Assembly (NCBI RefSeq): GCF_003334255.1
Contig: NZ_QOWU01000002.1
Source of the DNA: Escherichia coli
Lineage (GTDB): Bacteria; Pseudomonadota; Gammaproteobacteria; Enterobacterales; Enterobacteriaceae
DNA length: 64,000 nucleotides
Strand: one strand, 5' to 3'
A program made the position numbers and the translations under genes. Positions 1 to 10,764 of the stretch are shown one piece after another; within the stretch, counting starts at the first letter, position 1; every line of letters starts with the position of its first letter. The notes beneath the pieces are model-generated. The model had not been told where the DNA came from. It worked only from the letters and a program-made list of their open reading frames with translations, and did no database searches.

Positions 1-77
1 ACACCTGCCGAACCCTGGACAATGGGACCGCCATACTGAGTCATATCTCCCTGACGCGCCGCTGGTTTTCCGCTCAT
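1..77 (-). CDS. rhsD: 5' end of Rhs-family protein gene (first ~25 codons; gene continues beyond window start)
   Basis: Reverse complement of 1..77 reads ATG AGC GGA AAA CCA GCG GCG CGT CAG GGA GAT ATG ACT CAG TAT GGC GGT CCC ATT GTC CAG GGT TCG GCA GGT = MSGKPAARQGDMTQYGGPIVQGSAG, recalled RhsD N-terminus; downstream of ybbP in same orientation. Confidence 0.75.
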   Translation of the reverse strand, partial: MSGKPAARQGDMTQYGGPIVQGSAG

Positions 78-507
78 ATAAAGTGCCCTTTTAGTTATTG
101 TTCATATCCCTGTGTTAGCAACAAAAAAAAATAAAATGACACACAAGACCAGCTAATGTATTTATATATTTTTCACATAAACTTATTTGTTCTCAATCAA
201 CAACAACTGTTATTACAGGTCACTTTCAATATTTTATTAAACTAACATTTTTAGCACAGATGAATTCATCATCAACAAATTCACTATATGGATAATATCC
301 ATTCAACGCATATGATTTATGATTTTATTAGTCTGAGTTATTTTTGTAGGGCTATATTTAAAATCAATAAACTCCACCGATTCAGATTAATATCAGCAAT
401 AGAAAGATAGGAAATCACCAATTCAATAACATCATCAATGAAACATATTGTAGAATTAATTTAAACAAGGCGTTCCATTCAACCAGAACGCCCCTTATTT
501 ACTCTCA
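78..507 (-). promoter_or_regulatory. AT-rich intergenic region between ybbP and rhsD (rhsD upstream/promoter region)
   Basis: 430 bp strongly AT-rich, no credible ORF, lies directly 5' of rhsD start on minus strand. Confidence 0.5.
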
Positions 508-2922
508 TCACCCCGCAAACTGCCTGAACAGCGCCTTACCCTTAACCAGTCTCGCGCCCAGCCAGCCGCCGAAAAGCGACAGCAGCAGCGCACCGCTGCA
601 CGGCAGAACAATCCACAATCGCCAGTCTGGCTCCCACGGGAAATCAAACACTTTCGCCTGCAACACTGCCAGTGCCGTTTCCGCACCAATTGCGGCCACC
701 AGGCCGGAAACAAACCCAAGCATGGCGAACTCACACCACAATGTCGTGCGCAGCAGTTTTTTCCCCGCACCGAGTGTGCGCCATACCACCAGCTCCTGAT
801 GACGCTGGCGCATTCCCACCTGCACCTGTGCCAGCAACAGCAACATACCGCAGGCGGTGACCAGCACCACCATCACCTCCAGCGCCCGACTTACCTGCTC
901 CAGCACCTGACCGACCTGTTTTAAAATCGCGCCAATATCTAACAGGCTAATGGTCGGGAACTGGCGGTTGAGTTGCGTCAACATGCCGTTGCCATTCTCC
1001 CAGCGGAAACTGGTAAGCCAGCTCTGCGGTTGCCCGTCTAATGCCCCTTCCGGGAAAATAAAATAGAAATTAGGCCGCAGACTTTCCCAGTCCACTTTGC
1101 GCAGGCTGGTCACTTTAGCGCGGAACTCCTGGGTATCGCCCATAAAAGTCACGGTATCACCGAGGGCAACGTTTAAGCGTTTCGCCAGCCCCTCTTCCAT
1201 CGACACTTCATCGGCTTTTGGCGGCCAGTTACCGGCGACAATCGGATTATGATCGGGCCGCGTATTTTGCCAGGTAAGATTGAGTTCGCGATTAAGCGCC
1301 TCATCTTCATTACCTTCTGTCGGCTTATCGTTAATCGCCGTCAGCCGCGCCCGCACTACCGGATAAAATGATTCCGGGACTATATGATGTTCCGCGAGGA
1401 ACGCTTTTAGCGGTGCTACCTGTTCTGTGGCGATGTTAATTAAAAAGTAGTTCGGGCTTTCTGGCGGTAGCTGCTGCTGCCAGCGGTCGAGCAGATCGCC
1501 ACGCAATACCAGCAACAGCGCCAGCAGCATAAAGGAGAGCGAAAATGCCGAAAGCTGACTTAACGTTGACCACGGCTGACGTAACAGGCGGCTAACCGCC
1601 AGGCGCAGAGGCAGCGATTTCAGCGTCATGCGGCGAAGTACATTCAGCAGCATCCAGCCCAGCACACCGCACAGCAAAGCCAGTACTACCGCGCCCGCCA
1701 GCACCGCCCAAAGCAGCATGCTGCCACCCATTAATCCGGCGAGCAGCAGCACAACCACCACACTGACAATCGGCAGATAAAACTTCAGCGGCCAGACGTT
1801 CGCTACCACATCATTACGTAATACGCGTAAAGGCTGCGTTGCCAGCAACAAGCGATATGGTCGTAGCCCCACCAGCAGCGAGATGACCGTCATGGTGCCA
1901 AGCGCCCACAGCCACGGCCAGAGGCTGGCTGGCGGTAGTGCAGCAGGCAGAACGGGCTTGAGCAGCACCATCAACACGTTTTCGAACAACAGACCTATGG
2001 CCCCACCGGTAACGGCTGAAAGCGTCAGCACCATCAACCACTGACCGACGATTAGCTTACGCAGTTGCGCTCGCCCTGCCCCCAGCGTTTTGAGGATCGC
2101 CACCAGATCGTAGCGACTGCGACAGTAATGATTCATCGCTACCGCCACCGCTGCCACTGCCAGCAGCAAGGTCAGAAGCGCCGAAAGCAGCAGGAACTGT
2201 TGCGAGCGTTCCATCGATCGCCCCAGCGCGCCTTCGTCCTGTTCCAGACCGTACCAGCGTTGTTCGGGTTTAAGCTGAGGTAACAACCATTTCTCATAGC
2301 CGTCGAGCTGGTTCTCGTTGCCGCCGAATTTATAACGCCAGGTGACCCGACTCCCCGGCTGCACGGCTCCGGTTTTATCGACATCCGCCAGATTCATCAT
2401 CAGACGCGGAGCCATCTGGAAGGGGTTAAAACCGGAATCCGGTTCCTGAATCACTTCTCCGGCAATCCGCAAGGTGGCATCGCCCACGTCAATGGTGTCG
2501 TCCGTTTTCAGGTTAAGCAGTGCCATCAGGCGTGGGGCCAGCAATACGCTGCCCGCCTGCGGTTTCAGGCCAGGGGGATTAGTTTGCAGATCGCCATACA
2601 TCGGGTAGATATCATCCACCGCTTTGACGTTCGCCAGCTGCGGTGTGTCGCCTGCAAAGGTCATTGTGGCGAAAGTCAGCTGCTTGCCGACTTTCAGGCC
2701 GCGCTTTTGCGCTTCCTCCAGCCACGCTTGCGGCACTTCGCGTGAACTGCGCAACGCCCGATCGCCCGCCATAAACTCACGGCTTTGCTGGCTTAAGCCC
2801 TTCTCCATGCGATCGCTGATATTGCCCAGCGCCAGCACGCAGGCCACCGCCAGGCTTAGCGCCAGCCAGACAATTAATAGCGACGGCGAACGCCATTCGC
2901 GCCAGAACCAACGTGCAATCAT
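508..2922 (-). CDS. ybbP: MacB/FtsX-type ABC transporter permease (two FtsX domains)
   Basis: 804-aa ORF, length and sequence match recalled K-12 YbbP; 4-bp overlap with ybbA. Confidence 0.93.
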   Translation of the reverse strand: MIARWFWREWRSPSLLIVWLALSLAVACVLALGNISDRMEKGLSQQSREFMAGDRALRSSREVPQAWLEEAQKRGLKVGKQLTFATMTFAGDTPQLANVKAVDDIYPMYGDLQTNPPGLKPQAGSVLLAPRLMALLNLKTDDTIDVGDATLRIAGEVIQEPDSGFNPFQMAPRLMMNLADVDKTGAVQPGSRVTWRYKFGGNENQLDGYEKWLLPQLKPEQRWYGLEQDEGALGRSMERSQQFLLLSALLTLLLAVAAVAVAMNHYCRSRYDLVAILKTLGAGRAQLRKLIVGQWLMVLTLSAVTGGAIGLLFENVLMVLLKPVLPAALPPASLWPWLWALGTMTVISLLVGLRPYRLLLATQPLRVLRNDVVANVWPLKFYLPIVSVVVVLLLAGLMGGSMLLWAVLAGAVVLALLCGVLGWMLLNVLRRMTLKSLPLRLAVSRLLRQPWSTLSQLSAFSLSFMLLALLLVLRGDLLDRWQQQLPPESPNYFLINIATEQVAPLKAFLAEHHIVPESFYPVVRARLTAINDKPTEGNEDEALNRELNLTWQNTRPDHNPIVAGNWPPKADEVSMEEGLAKRLNVALGDTVTFMGDTQEFRAKVTSLRKVDWESLRPNFYFIFPEGALDGQPQSWLTSFRWENGNGMLTQLNRQFPTISLLDIGAILKQVGQVLEQVSRALEVMVVLVTACGMLLLLAQVQVGMRQRHQELVVWRTLGAGKKLLRTTLWCEFAMLGFVSGLVAAIGAETALAVLQAKVFDFPWEPDWRLWIVLPCSGALLLSLFGGWLGARLVKGKALFRQFAG

Positions 2923-3605
2923 GCTTCCTCCTGCAACTGCCCGTTCACCAGCCGTAAGCAGCGGTCGCAGCGTGCCGCCAGTTGCAGGTCGTGGGTCACC
3001 ATAATCAACGTGGTGCCATGTTCACGGTTGAGGGAAAACAGCAGGTCGGCAATTTTATCGCCCGTCTGGCGGTCAAGGTTGCCGGTGGGTTCGTCGGCAA
3101 ACAGCACATCAGGTCGACCATTAAAGGCTCGTGCCAGCGCCACTCGTTGCTGTTCACCGCCGGAAAGCTGTGCCGGAAGATGATCCAGACGTTTACCCAG
3201 CCCTAACTGTTCGAGCAACGCTTTCGCCCCGTTACGACTTTCCGCGCTACTCTCACCGCGCAGCAGAGCCGGAAGCTCGACGTTTTCCAGCGCGTTAAGG
3301 GTAGGAATTAACATAAATGACTGAAAAACAAAGCCGACGTGCTTCGCGCGCAACTTTGCCCGCGCTTCTTCGTCCATATTATGTAGCGGTTGTCCCACCA
3401 GACTCACTTCGCCACTGCTGCCGTCATCAAGCCCGGCGAGGATCGCCAGCAAGGTTGACTTACCCGATCCCGACTCGCCCACCAGTGCGATGGTCTCGCC
3501 ACGTTTGACAACCAGCTCAACTCCGGTGAGGATGGAGAGTTCATGCTCCCCCTGACCGACGGACTTCTTAAGATGATGAACTTCAACAATGTTTTCCGCT
3601 GGCAT
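2919..3605 (-). CDS. ybbA: ABC transporter ATP-binding protein
   Basis: 228-aa ORF with Walker A GESGSGKST and ABC signature LSGGEQQR. Confidence 0.93.
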   Translation of the reverse strand: MPAENIVEVHHLKKSVGQGEHELSILTGVELVVKRGETIALVGESGSGKSTLLAILAGLDDGSSGEVSLVGQPLHNMDEEARAKLRAKHVGFVFQSFMLIPTLNALENVELPALLRGESSAESRNGAKALLEQLGLGKRLDHLPAQLSGGEQQRVALARAFNGRPDVLFADEPTGNLDRQTGDKIADLLFSLNREHGTTLIMVTHDLQLAARCDRCLRLVNGQLQEEA

Positions 3606-4199
3606 TTGCCCTTCCTGTTCCTGGTCCTGTTAACCTTCCGTGCCGCCGCAGCGGACACGTTATTGATTCTGGGTGATAGCCTGAGCGCCGGGTATCGAAT
3701 GTCTGCCAGCGCGGCCTGGCCTGCCTTGTTGAATGATAAGTGGCAGAGTAAAACGTCGGTAGTTAATGCCAGCATCAGCGGCGACACCTCGCAACAAGGA
3801 CTGGCGCGCCTTCCGGCTCTGCTGAAACAGCATCAGCCGCGTTGGGTGCTGGTTGAACTGGGCGGCAATGACGGTTTGCGTGGTTTTCAGCCACAGCAAA
3901 CCGAGCAAACGCTGCGCCAGATTTTGCAGGATGTCAAAGCCGCCAACGCTGAACCATTGTTAATGCAAATACGTCTGCCTGCAAACTATGGTCGCCGTTA
4001 TAATGAAGCCTTTAGCGCCATTTACCCCAAACTCGCCAAAGAGTTTGATGTTCCGCTGCTGCCCTTTTTTATGGAAGAGGTCTACCTCAAGCCACAATGG
4101 ATGCAGGATGACGGTATTCATCCCAACCGCGACGCCCAGCCGTTTATTGCCGACTGGATGGCGAAGCAGTTGCAGCCTTTAGTAAATCATGACTCATAA
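3573..4199 (+). CDS. tesA: Thioesterase I / lysophospholipase L1 (GDSL family), secreted precursor
   Basis: 208-aa frame from MMNFNN with signal peptide and GDSLSAG motif; start chosen inside the 218-aa track ORF. Confidence 0.9.
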   Translation: MMNFNNVFRWHLPFLFLVLLTFRAAAADTLLILGDSLSAGYRMSASAAWPALLNDKWQSKTSVVNASISGDTSQQGLARLPALLKQHQPRWVLVELGGNDGLRGFQPQQTEQTLRQILQDVKAANAEPLLMQIRLPANYGRRYNEAFSAIYPKLAKEFDVPLLPFFMEEVYLKPQWMQDDGIHPNRDAQPFIADWMAKQLQPLVNHDS

Positions 4200-4998
4200 A
4201 GCAACGGAGATCCTGACAGGTAAAGTTATGCAAAAATCGGTCTTAATTACCGGATGTTCCAGTGGAATTGGCCTGGAAAGCGCGCTCGAATTAAAACGCC
4301 AGGGTTTTCATGTGCTGGCAGGTTGCCGGAAACCGGATGATGTTGAGCGCATGAACAGCATGGGATTTACCGGCGTGTTGATCGATCTGGATTCACCAGA
4401 AAGTGTTGATCGCGCAGCCGACGAGGTGATCGCCCTGACCGATAATTGTCTGTATGGGATCTTTAACAATGCCGGATTCGGCATGTATGGCCCCCTTTCC
4501 ACCATCAGCCGTGCGCAGATGGAACAGCAGTTTTCCGCCAACTTTTTCGGCGCACACCAGCTCACCATGCGCCTGTTACCCGCGATGTTACCGCACGGTG
4601 AAGGGCGTATTGTGATGACATCATCGGTGATGGGATTAATCTCCACGCCGGGTCGTGGCGCTTACGCGGCCAGTAAATATGCGCTGGAGGCGTGGTCAGA
4701 CGCACTGCGCATGGAGCTGCGCCACAGCGGAATTAAAGTCAGCCTGATCGAACCCGGTCCCATTCGTACTCGCTTCACCGACAACGTCAACCAGACGCAA
4801 AGTGATAAACCAGTCGAAAATCCCGGCATCGCCGCCCGCTTTACGTTGGGACCGGAAGCGGTGGTGGACAAAGTACGCCATGCTTTTATTAGCGAGAAGC
4901 CGAAGATGCGCTATCCGGTGACGCTGGTGACCTGGGCGGTAATGGTGCTTAAGCGCCTGCTGCCGGGGCGCGTGATGGACAAAATATTGCAGGGGTGA
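4189..4998 (+). CDS. ybbO: Short-chain dehydrogenase/reductase family oxidoreductase
   Basis: 269-aa ORF with SDR glycine-rich motif TGCSSGIG and YxxxK. Confidence 0.9.
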   Translation: MTHKATEILTGKVMQKSVLITGCSSGIGLESALELKRQGFHVLAGCRKPDDVERMNSMGFTGVLIDLDSPESVDRAADEVIALTDNCLYGIFNNAGFGMYGPLSTISRAQMEQQFSANFFGAHQLTMRLLPAMLPHGEGRIVMTSSVMGLISTPGRGAYAASKYALEAWSDALRMELRHSGIKVSLIEPGPIRTRFTDNVNQTQSDKPVENPGIAARFTLGPEAVVDKVRHAFISEKPKMRYPVTLVTWAVMVLKRLLPGRVMDKILQG

Positions 4999-5016
4999 GT
5001 TGAAGCGCGCGCTTAA

Positions 5017-5913
<897 letters not shown>

Positions 5914-5975
5914 TATTCCGTTGATCGGCACATGAACCACAACGCCGGATGCGATGCTGCGCATCCGGCATCGCA

Positions 5976-6755
5976 TCATTTCTTCTTCAATTGCGTCACC
6001 ACCAACTGGTGGCGCGAATTATAAAACTTACGATAGGTTAAATAGCAGGCAATAATGGTCGACAAGCTGGCGGTTGAGAGCAGCATAAAGGTCACCATAA
6101 TCTGATATTTAATCGCCTTCACCGGATCAATCCCGGCAAATATCAGCCCGGACATCATTCCTGGTAAACTCACTAAGCCAACCGTTTTTGCTGAATCGAC
6201 CGTCGGAATTAAAGCCGCGCGAATACTGTCGCGAATCAATATCGCTGAAGCCTGCTTCGGCGTCGCACCAAGACTCAGTTTCTCCTGAATCTGTTGCTGT
6301 TCGCTAATGACCCGTTGCCCTAAATTGTTGTAACACAACCCCACCGCTACCATGGCGTTACCGGCAATCATCCCGGCGATAGGGATCACCTGCATCGGGA
6401 TAAATTCAATCGACCCTGAGAGAATCAGCACCGCCAGGGTAATTCCCGCCCCGACCGTAATGGCAATAAACGATGAGATAAAAGCTTTAGCAATATATTT
6501 ACTGCGTTTTTGCGCGTTCCACGCCGCATTAAAGCAGATAAATAACACCATCAATAATGTCAGGCTGGCATCATCCACGCTGAAAATATACTTCAGCACA
6601 TAGCCGACAATAATCAGCTGAATTATCGCTCGCCCGACGCTCCAGAGAATATCTTTCTCCAGCGCCAGTTTTTCTTTATGGCTAATTAAGATTGCCACCA
6701 CCACCAGCATTAATGCCAGTGCTAATGATTCGTTAGTAATATTATGCGAGTTCAT
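5976..6755 (-). CDS. fetB: Iron export ABC transporter permease
   Basis: 259-aa frame from MNSHNITNES inside 268-aa track ORF; hydrophobic membrane protein; overlaps fetA stop. Confidence 0.88.
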   Translation of the reverse strand: MNSHNITNESLALALMLVVVAILISHKEKLALEKDILWSVGRAIIQLIIVGYVLKYIFSVDDASLTLLMVLFICFNAAWNAQKRSKYIAKAFISSFIAITVGAGITLAVLILSGSIEFIPMQVIPIAGMIAGNAMVAVGLCYNNLGQRVISEQQQIQEKLSLGATPKQASAILIRDSIRAALIPTVDSAKTVGLVSLPGMMSGLIFAGIDPVKAIKYQIMVTFMLLSTASLSTIIACYLTYRKFYNSRHQLVVTQLKKK

Positions 6756-7419
6756 AGCGTGCTTCCTGCATTTCTCCGGCATGCGGTTGCAGTGTAATCA
6801 CTTTATCCGCATGATTAATTTCGTCTTTATCGTGTGTCACCCACAGCACGGCAATATTTTGCTCGCGCACATAACGATGGATCATCTCATTGACGTTATG
6901 TTTATTACTTTCATCCAGCGCACTGGTTATTTCATCCAGCAATAAAACCTTCGGCATAAATTGCAGGTTACGAATCAATGAGATGCGTTGTTTTTCACCA
7001 CCAGATAGCTCGGCGATATTCTTCGTCAAAATGCTGTCCGGCAAGGCGAAGCGTTCGAGAAAATCGAGAAAAATGGCTGGGTCAGGCTGCCGGTTACGGA
7101 TCTGCCAGGGAAAGATCAGATTATCGTATACCGTATCGCCAAACAGCGTCGGTGTCTGGGCGCAGTAAGAGACTTGTTGGCGGTAGATTTCTGGCTTTAG
7201 TGTGCTGACATCCTCACCTTCAAACAGTAACGTTCCGCTGGTTGGGCTGATCAATGAAGCAACTATTTTTAGCAGCGTACTTTTGCCACAACCAGAAGGA
7301 CCGGTAATTAACTTAAATTCGCCAGCACGCAGCGAAAAATTGATGTTATTAAGAATCTTCGCATCACCCGCCAGATATCCTACGTTTTGTAGCTGAAGCA
7401 AAGGACTATTTTCCTGCAT
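6742..7419 (-). CDS. fetA: Iron export ABC transporter ATP-binding protein
   Basis: 225-aa ORF with Walker A GPSGCGKST and LSGGEKQR. Confidence 0.92.
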   Translation of the reverse strand: MQENSPLLQLQNVGYLAGDAKILNNINFSLRAGEFKLITGPSGCGKSTLLKIVASLISPTSGTLLFEGEDVSTLKPEIYRQQVSYCAQTPTLFGDTVYDNLIFPWQIRNRQPDPAIFLDFLERFALPDSILTKNIAELSGGEKQRISLIRNLQFMPKVLLLDEITSALDESNKHNVNEMIHRYVREQNIAVLWVTHDKDEINHADKVITLQPHAGEMQEARYELA

Positions 7420-7564
7420 CGCTGTTCCCTTTTTCTGATTTTTACTAAAAACAGTTTATCCTTTGCAGGAATAAGGGGGAACTCTCTTTCAGTAATCAGG
7501 TATAATTTGTTTAATCAAGCAGCAATTTTGCTGATTATGGACGGTACAACAGGAGGTTTTTCCG

Positions 7565-8482
7565 ATGCTTATCTTTATCCCGATTCTCATTTTTGTCGCG
7601 CTGGTCATTGTCGGCGCGGGTGTCAAAATCGTACCGCAGGGCTATCAGTGGACAGTAGAACGCTTTGGTCGCTATACCAAAACGTTACAGCCGGGGCTCA
7701 GTCTGGTGGTGCCGTTTATGGATCGCATTGGTCGCAAGATCAATATGATGGAGCAAGTGCTCGATATCCCTTCCCAGGAAGTTATCTCGAAAGATAACGC
7801 CAACGTTACCATCGACGCCGTGTGCTTTATTCAGGTGATTGACGCGCCGCGCGCGGCTTATGAAGTCAGCAATCTGGAGCTGGCGATCATCAACCTGACC
7901 ATGACTAACATCCGTACCGTGCTGGGTTCAATGGAACTTGACGAAATGCTCTCTCAGCGCGACAGCATCAACTCACGCCTGCTGCGTATTGTCGATGAAG
8001 CCACCAACCCGTGGGGGATTAAAGTCACCCGTATTGAAATTCGCGACGTGCGCCCACCGGCAGAGCTTATCTCTTCAATGAACGCGCAGATGAAAGCGGA
8101 ACGTACCAAACGCGCTTACATTCTTGAAGCGGAAGGGATCCGTCAGGCGGAAATCCTCAAAGCCGAAGGTGAAAAACAGTCGCAAATCCTGAAAGCGGAA
8201 GGCGAACGTCAGTCGGCGTTTTTACAGGCTGAAGCGCGTGAACGTTCCGCCGAAGCAGAAGCCCGCGCCACCAAAATGGTGTCTGAAGCTATCGCCTCCG
8301 GTGATATTCAGGCGGTGAACTACTTCGTAGCGCAGAAATACACCGAAGCGTTACAGCAGATCGGTTCCTCCAGTAACAGCAAAGTAGTGATGATGCCATT
8401 AGAGGCCAGCAGCCTGATGGGGTCGATTGCCGGGATTGCCGAGCTGGTGAAAGACAGCGCCAACAAACGGACTCAGCCATGA
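7565..8482 (+). CDS. qmcA: SPFH/stomatin-family membrane protein
   Basis: 305-aa ORF, N-terminal TM segment, band-7 domain; matches recalled QmcA. Confidence 0.92.
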
Positions 8483-8937
8483 TGGAGTTAATGGTCGTTC
8501 ATCCACATATTTTCTGGCTCAGTCTCGGCGGTTTGCTGCTGGCAGCCGAGATGCTGGGCGGAAATGGTTATTTGTTGTGGAGCGGCGTGGCAGCGGTGAT
8601 TACCGGCCTGGTGGTCTGGCTGGTGCCGCTGGGTTGGGAGTGGCAAGGGGTAATGTTTGCCATCCTGACGCTGCTCGCCGCCTGGCTGTGGTGGAAATGG
8701 TTGTCGCGGCGGGTGCGCGAACAAAAGCACAGCGATAGTCATTTAAACCAGCGCGGGCAGCAGCTGATTGGCCGACGTTTTGTGCTGGAATCTCCGCTGG
8801 TCAACGGGCGCGGTCATATGCGCGTCGGTGACAGTTCATGGCCTGTCAGCGCCAGCGAGGATCTCGGTGCAGGTACGCATGTTGAAGTCATTGCGATAGA
8901 AGGGATAACCCTACATATCCGAGCCGTCTCGTCTTAA
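8479..8937 (+). CDS. ybbJ: NfeD-like inner membrane protein, translationally coupled to qmcA
   Basis: 152-aa ORF overlapping qmcA stop by 4 bp. Confidence 0.88.
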
Positions 8938-9345
8938 TCACCCTGCCCGATGATGACAGCAGCCGGAGAGATTTTCGATAATCGGGCAGTCGGCGCTGTC
9001 ATCGCCAGGGCAGGCATTCGCCAGTGCCAGCAGCTGGTCGCGCATGGATTGCAGCTCCTCAATGTGTCGTTCGATCTCCGCCACCTTCTCCAGCGTGCGC
9101 CGTTTGACGTCGGCGCTGTGCCGCTGCGGGTCGTTAAACAGATTCACCAGCTCGCCGCTCTCTTCCAGGTTAAAGCCCACCTGCCGTGCCTGGCGCAGTA
9201 AGGTCAGTTCGTTGAGATGCTGCTGCGTGTAGGTGCGATAACCGTTTTCGCTGCGCATCGGCGGCGTCACCAGCCCCTTCTCTTCATAGAAGCGAATGGC
9301 TTTGCTGGTCAGGCCGGTAATTTTTGCTACATCGCTGATGTTCAT
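8938..9345 (-). CDS. cueR: MerR-family copper-responsive transcriptional activator
   Basis: 135-aa ORF with MerR HTH and C-terminal Cys pair (CPGDDSADC). Confidence 0.94.
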
Positions 9346-9469
9346 CGTTCGCGCAACGCCTCCTGTGCTTTGTTAAAGGGTTTCAACAGATATTCAAGCA
9401 CGTTTTTTTGCCAGTGCGAATATCGACCGCCACCACAATAATACAGGAAGTACTGCGCACAGAGAGATG

Positions 9470-10762
9470 TTATACGGTTTTATTGCGCTTCATGACCATT
9501 GCCACAATAAGGCTGAGTAAGAGTGAGCCAATAATCCATATCAACGCACGGCTACCCTGGGACCACAGACTGTAGATAAAGCCAACGATCACCAACAACA
9601 TCACCAACGTACCAACGATAAGAATCGGCAACGAGGCGTGAATATCATGACGCAGGCGGATCGCCACCACAAACACCGCCAGGTAGCAAATCAAAAAGGT
9701 GGCGCTGGCAACGCTGGCGAGTGAGCCTAAATTCAGTGCCGCCGTCATCAGCATAATCAACACCACGACAATAATGTTGCCCCAGGTACTCTGCCGCCAC
9801 AGGGATTTATTCATTAGCTTCGGCAGTTCGCGTTCGCTGCCCATGTTGTCCATGATGTTAAACACGGCGAACAGGTTCGCGTTAATGGCTGAAGCCGTCG
9901 CCAGTAAAGCGCCGATGACGACGATCACATAACCCACATGCCCGAGCAGCGGAGAAGCAGCCTGCGCTACGGCGGTATCGGCATATTTTTCTAACTCTAA
10001 TGCCGATACATCGCTAAGCAAAACCAGTGCCAGCGAGATATAAAGCAACGTGGTAACGCCAATCGCCACCAGAAACGCCCGTGGCATAATGACCTGCGGA
10101 TCTTTCACTTTATCCGCCGCGTTCGCCATCATGCCAAAGCCCGCATAGGCAAGGAAAGTTATCCCAATACAGGAGAAGAACGCACCGGAGCTGGGGGGCG
10201 CAGAGACGGAAATATGCGCCGGTTGCAGCGACCAGACACCGGCAATAATCAGCAATAACAGGATCATCATTTTAATGCCGACGAGGATCACTTCCAGCCG
10301 CCCTACCGCATGGTTGCTTAAGGAGTTGAAAAGCGTCATCACCGCAATGATCCCCAACGCGTAGAGCAAAATAAGGTGCTCCTCCTGGCTGCCTTCATGC
10401 AAAAACTGCACGGCATAAGCGCCAAAAGCACGGGCGACCATGGCGATGCTCACCGCCAGCGTCAACAGGTACAGTAACGAGAGCGCCAGCGAAAAGACGC
10501 CGTTGCCTAATCCGCGACGAAAGAAGTCGATAATGCCGCCATTGCTGGGATAGCTCGCCCCCAGACGCGCATAGGCATAACCGGAAAACATCGCCACAAT
10601 ACCGCCAAAAGCAAAGGCGACCCAGGTCGAGGCTTCCATTAGCAATGCAGCCTGCCCCAGCAGCGCGAAGATCCCCGCCCCCACCATTGCCCCAATGCCG
10701 ATGGAAACGACGTTCCATAGACCGAGAGGTTTGTTACCGTTATTACCTTCCGTGTTCATCAT
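9470..10762 (-). CDS. ybaT: APC-family amino acid transporter
   Basis: 430-aa polytopic membrane ORF immediately downstream of glsA. Confidence 0.9.
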   Translation of the reverse strand: MMNTEGNNGNKPLGLWNVVSIGIGAMVGAGIFALLGQAALLMEASTWVAFAFGGIVAMFSGYAYARLGASYPSNGGIIDFFRRGLGNGVFSLALSLLYLLTLAVSIAMVARAFGAYAVQFLHEGSQEEHLILLYALGIIAVMTLFNSLSNHAVGRLEVILVGIKMMILLLLIIAGVWSLQPAHISVSAPPSSGAFFSCIGITFLAYAGFGMMANAADKVKDPQVIMPRAFLVAIGVTTLLYISLALVLLSDVSALELEKYADTAVAQAASPLLGHVGYVIVVIGALLATASAINANLFAVFNIMDNMGSERELPKLMNKSLWRQSTWGNIIVVVLIMLMTAALNLGSLASVASATFLICYLAVFVVAIRLRHDIHASLPILIVGTLVMLLVIVGFIYSLWSQGSRALIWIIGSLLLSLIVAMVMKRNKTV

Positions 10763-10764
10763 GA

